A stretch of 9,912 bases of DNA, from assembly GCA_013416795.1 (NCBI GenBank), contig RQSC01000033.1, positions 21,414 to 31,325 of the forward strand, given 5' to 3'. Position numbers and translations under genes: made by a program. Numbering within the stretch: position 1 is the stretch's first letter; every line of letters begins with the position of its first letter. Under the pieces are notes generated by a model. The model saw only the letters and a list, made by a program, of their open reading frames with translations, did not search any database and was not told the DNA's origin. This document shows, in pieces, positions 7,534 through 9,912 of this stretch. Source of the stretch: Prasinococcaceae sp. CCMP 1430. Its lineage: Eukaryota > Plantae > Prasinodermophyta.

Positions 7534-8347
7534 TCAGCCGTAGTACTGCTCGAGGCTCATCCCCTCGTTCGTGGTGATTTCGGTTGCCCGGCGCGGGTGG
7601 TTGTCCGCGTAGCGCAGCGAGGGCGCCGTCGGCCCCGCGGCGTGCCACCCCACCTCGTGCGAGGTCGTCAGCGGTTTGCGGTACCTTCGCGAGCGCGCGA
7701 GCGCGCGTGCGCGGGGGCGAGCACGCGGGCGGGCGGGGGAGCGAGCGAGCGAGCGGGTGGGGAAGCGAGCGCGGCCATTTTGCGCGCGCGGGATGGGGTC
7801 AGCGCTGGGAGGGCCGACGCGCGTCGGAGGCACGCGGGACCGCTTGGATGCGACCACGCACGGGGGCGCTCTTTGGGAGCGCTCCGCGGCTCGCGCGCGT
7901 CGCCTCCTTCCGCGGCGCGCTCTCGGCGCGCACGCACATCTGCTGCGGGTCGTCCTCCGGCCGCATGTGGCGCCTGCGCTCGCCGAGCAGCTTCCCGCAG
8001 CTGATGTGTTTGGCGCTCGGGCGCACGCTTTCCTCGGAGAGCCGCGCGCGCATGAGCGCCACGCTCTCCATGTACTCCCTGCGCGCGATCATCCCGGAGA
8101 CGTCGGTGTGGCAGGTGGTGCGGCACGCCTCCTTCTCGTCGCTAGTGAGCTCGCGGCCTGCGGCGTCCGCCCACACGTCCGCGAGCATGGCGCGCGGGAT
8201 GAGGCCCGCGCGCGTGACGTCGACCGCGTCGAAGGCCGCGCCGAACTTCTCGTCGGGTATTTCGACGAGGCCGAGCGCCTCCGACCCGGCGAGCGACGCC
8301 GACGCGAACGGGTTGGTGCCGAGCACTGTCAGGCCGAAGAACGACAT
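7534..8347 (-). CDS. EF-hand-like protein with TEX49/SPMIP11- and FAP85-like terminal motifs, candidate ciliary microtubule inner protein. Exons 8347-7938 and 7684-7534 (186 aa).
   Basis: N-terminus MSFFGLTVLGTNPF. The centre has degenerate EF-hand-like segments (FDAVDVTRAGLI, CHTDVSGMIARREY). Splicing AT|GTGCGT...AAG|G gives DDPQQMYRKPLTTSHEVGW, a PxTxxxExGW motif known from ciliary MIP families, followed by NHPRRATEIT. The family name is from recall. Confidence 0.65.
7685..7937 (-). other. Spliceosomal intron (253 nt, phase 2)
   Basis: GTGCGT donor at 7937, CGCTGAC branch site at 7804-7798 and AAG acceptor at 7685. The join is in frame. Confidence 0.75.
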
Positions 8348-8446
8348 GGCGACCGCCGCCGCGCCCTCGCGCCGGCAGGCCCGCCCGACCGCCCCTCCGT
8401 ACCGCCTTCCCGTCTTCCCATGCGTGGACTCACGCTACGCGCGCAG

Positions 8447-8944
8447 ATGGCCGTCATCGTGATCGAGTCCCCCGAGCAGTACGACAAGGTGTGCGCCGAT
8501 GCCAAGGCCGAGGGCAAGAAGGTGATCGTCGACTTCACGGCGACGTGGTGCGGCCCGTGCAAGATGATCAAGCGTGCGTGAGCGCGCGCGGCGCTCGAGC
8601 GCTCGCTTGGGGCCGAGCCTCGCCCGCGCGCCTCGCGGCGCCACCGCCGCGCGGCGTGCGCTGACCTGCCTGCCATGCGCCGCCCTGCTCGCCACGGCTG
8701 CGCGTGCGCCCGTGCCCGCGCCCACCGCCCGCGCCGCCCCGCAGCCTTCTTCCACGAGCTCGCTGAGGCCACCCCCTCGGTGGTGTTCGTGCAGGTGGAC
8801 GTCGACGACATGAGCATGATCGCGGAGAAGGCCCGGGTCTCGGCGATGCCCACCTTCCACGTGTATGATGGCACCGAGAAGGTCGACGAGCTGGTCGGCG
8901 CGTCCAAGGACAAGCTCGCGGCGCTCGCGGCGAAGCACAAGTGA
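8447..8944 (+). CDS. TRX: Thioredoxin, cytosolic h-like. Exons 8447-8573 and 8745-8944 (108 aa).
   Basis: VIVDFTATWCGPCKMIK|PFFHELA...FVQVDVD...VSAMPTF...VGA has the WCGPC active site and the cis-Pro loop MPTF. No transit peptide is visible from ATG 8447. Confidence 0.95.
8574..8744 (+). other. Spliceosomal intron of thioredoxin (171 nt, phase 1)
   Basis: GTGCGT donor, CGCTGAC branch site at 8659-8665 and CCGCAG acceptor. Splicing restores IK-P-FF. Confidence 0.9.
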
Positions 8945-9190
8945 GCCGGTGCATCTCGAACGGTGGCCACCGTGCCCAACTCGCGCGAGCTCTCGCAAGT
9001 GGGCGTCAGCCGCATGCGCGCGCACCCCACCCGTGAGTAAGCCAGCGCAATATGACTACTAGCGACACCCGCGAACGACACACGCTCACGTGCCGCCGCG
9101 TGGACCGCCGCGGGCGCGCGGAAGGGCCCGGCGCGCGCTGACCAGCCGTTGGCATGAGACGCGTGCGGAGGCTGGAAGTCTTAGTACATG

Positions 9191-9195
9191 TTACA
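9191..9195 (-). promoter_or_regulatory. TGTAA, candidate green-algal polyadenylation signal for the deformylase gene
   Basis: TTACA on + is TGTAA on -, about 50 nt downstream of the deformylase stop. UGUAA is the established chlorophyte signal. Confidence 0.4.
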
Positions 9196-9245
9196 GGAAC
9201 CCGTCGCCACCTGCGCAGCGCGCCGCAACTCGGCAGCGGGCGACC

Positions 9246-9911
9246 TCACAGTGCCGTGCCGACTCCCTCGTACTCGCTGCTGAATTCCGCAATGAATCGG
9301 TCGAGGTCGGGTTGCACGGACGCGAGGACCTCGGGGTCCATGCGGTCAATGAAAAGCTTCTGGTCCAGGTGATCGTACTCGTGCTGGAAGACGCGCGCCT
9401 GGAAGCCGTCAAGCTTGAGGGTCACCTTCTTGCCGCGCGTGTCTCGCGCCTTGACGACGCACGCGACTGGCCGCTCGACGTCGCCAAACATCTTCGGGAA
9501 GCTCAGGCAGCCCTCTTCGAAGGGCTCGAACTCGTCGGACGTCTCGGTAATCGTCGGGTTGACGAGCGTGTACTCCTTGCCGCGGCCGGGCTCGCCCTCA
9601 GGGTTGTACACCATGAGGCGGACGTTGACACCCACCTGCGGCGCGGCAAGCCCAACGCCGTCCGTCTTGTACATGATGTCGAACATCGCGCGGCTGAGCT
9701 TGTGCAGCCGAGCGTCGAACGCAGTGACCTCGGCGTTGGGCGCGCGCAGCTTCTCGTGCGGATACTTGAGGATGGAGAGCGGCAGCTCGAACTGGACTGA
9801 GTCTGCCCCCTTGCCCTCGCTCTTGATGGACGCCATGTCGTCGAGGAACGACGAGCGCTTGCCGCGGCGCGCGGCCATGCAGCGCGCGGCCGCGCGCCGC
9901 GCGGCGCGCGG
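9246..9911 (-). CDS. PDF1B: Peptide deformylase, plastid/organellar type 1B; probably 5'-partial (transit peptide continues past the window)
   Basis: All three PDF motifs are present: GVGLAAPQVG, EGCLSFP and QHEYDHL, plus ILKYP..KLR. The frame is open upstream of ATG 9878 with Arg/Ala-rich transit-peptide-like sequence. Confidence 0.95.
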   Translation of the reverse strand, partial: PRAARRAAARCMAARRGKRSSFLDDMASIKSEGKGADSVQFELPLSILKYPHEKLRAPNAEVTAFDARLHKLSRAMFDIMYKTDGVGLAAPQVGVNVRLMVYNPEGEPGRGKEYTLVNPTITETSDEFEPFEEGCLSFPKMFGDVERPVACVVKARDTRGKKVTLKLDGFQARVFQHEYDHLDQKLFIDRMDPEVLASVQPDLDRFIAEFSSEYEGVGTAL

Positions 9912-9912
9912 C

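Noticed and set aside
417-8744. Introner-like repeated intron family
   Set aside because: The introns share only the branch region (CGCTGACCCC..ATCCC in two of them). No end-to-end similarity is visible.
1-9912. Prokaryotic or organellar operon, suggested by the bacterial-type RF1, deformylase and thioredoxin
   Set aside because: Spliceosomal introns, Ssu72, the EH domain and LMBR1 show a eukaryotic nuclear locus. Genes alternate strands. The co-location of RF and PDF about 8 kb apart is most simply chance.
1-9912. CRISPR array, tRNA/rRNA genes or transposase
   Set aside because: No regularly spaced direct repeats, cloverleaf or rRNA-like segments, terminal inverted repeats or transposase motifs were seen in the non-gap sequence.

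Overview
Very GC-rich eukaryotic genomic DNA with GT-AG spliceosomal introns and CTGAC branch sites. It is most likely a compact green-lineage microalgal genome (inference from plant-like LMBR1, Ssu72 and plastid-type deformylase sequences). It is a draft assembly, with a 980-N gap (2244-3223) and a single N at 4537. Eight tightly packed protein-coding units are supported, in order: (1) a 5'-partial organellar class-I release factor, RF1-like (+, 2 introns, intact GGQ, non-canonical stop-codon recognition loop); (2) Ssu72 CTD phosphatase (-); (3) an EH-domain/UVR-motif coiled-coil protein (-, running into the gap); (4) the N-terminal half of an LMBR1/LMBRD2-like membrane protein (+); (5) an N-truncated GT25 glycosyltransferase fused to a 2-oxoglutarate/Fe(II) dioxygenase (+); (6) an EF-hand-containing TEX49/FAP85-like ciliary microtubule-inner-protein candidate (-); (7) a WCGPC thioredoxin (+); (8) a plastid-type peptide deformylase (-). 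Best leads: the GT25-dioxygenase fusion, the release factor lacking the PxT motif, and the abrupt LMBR1/GT25 junction (chimera or misassembly). All homology calls come from recalled family motifs, not from database searches.
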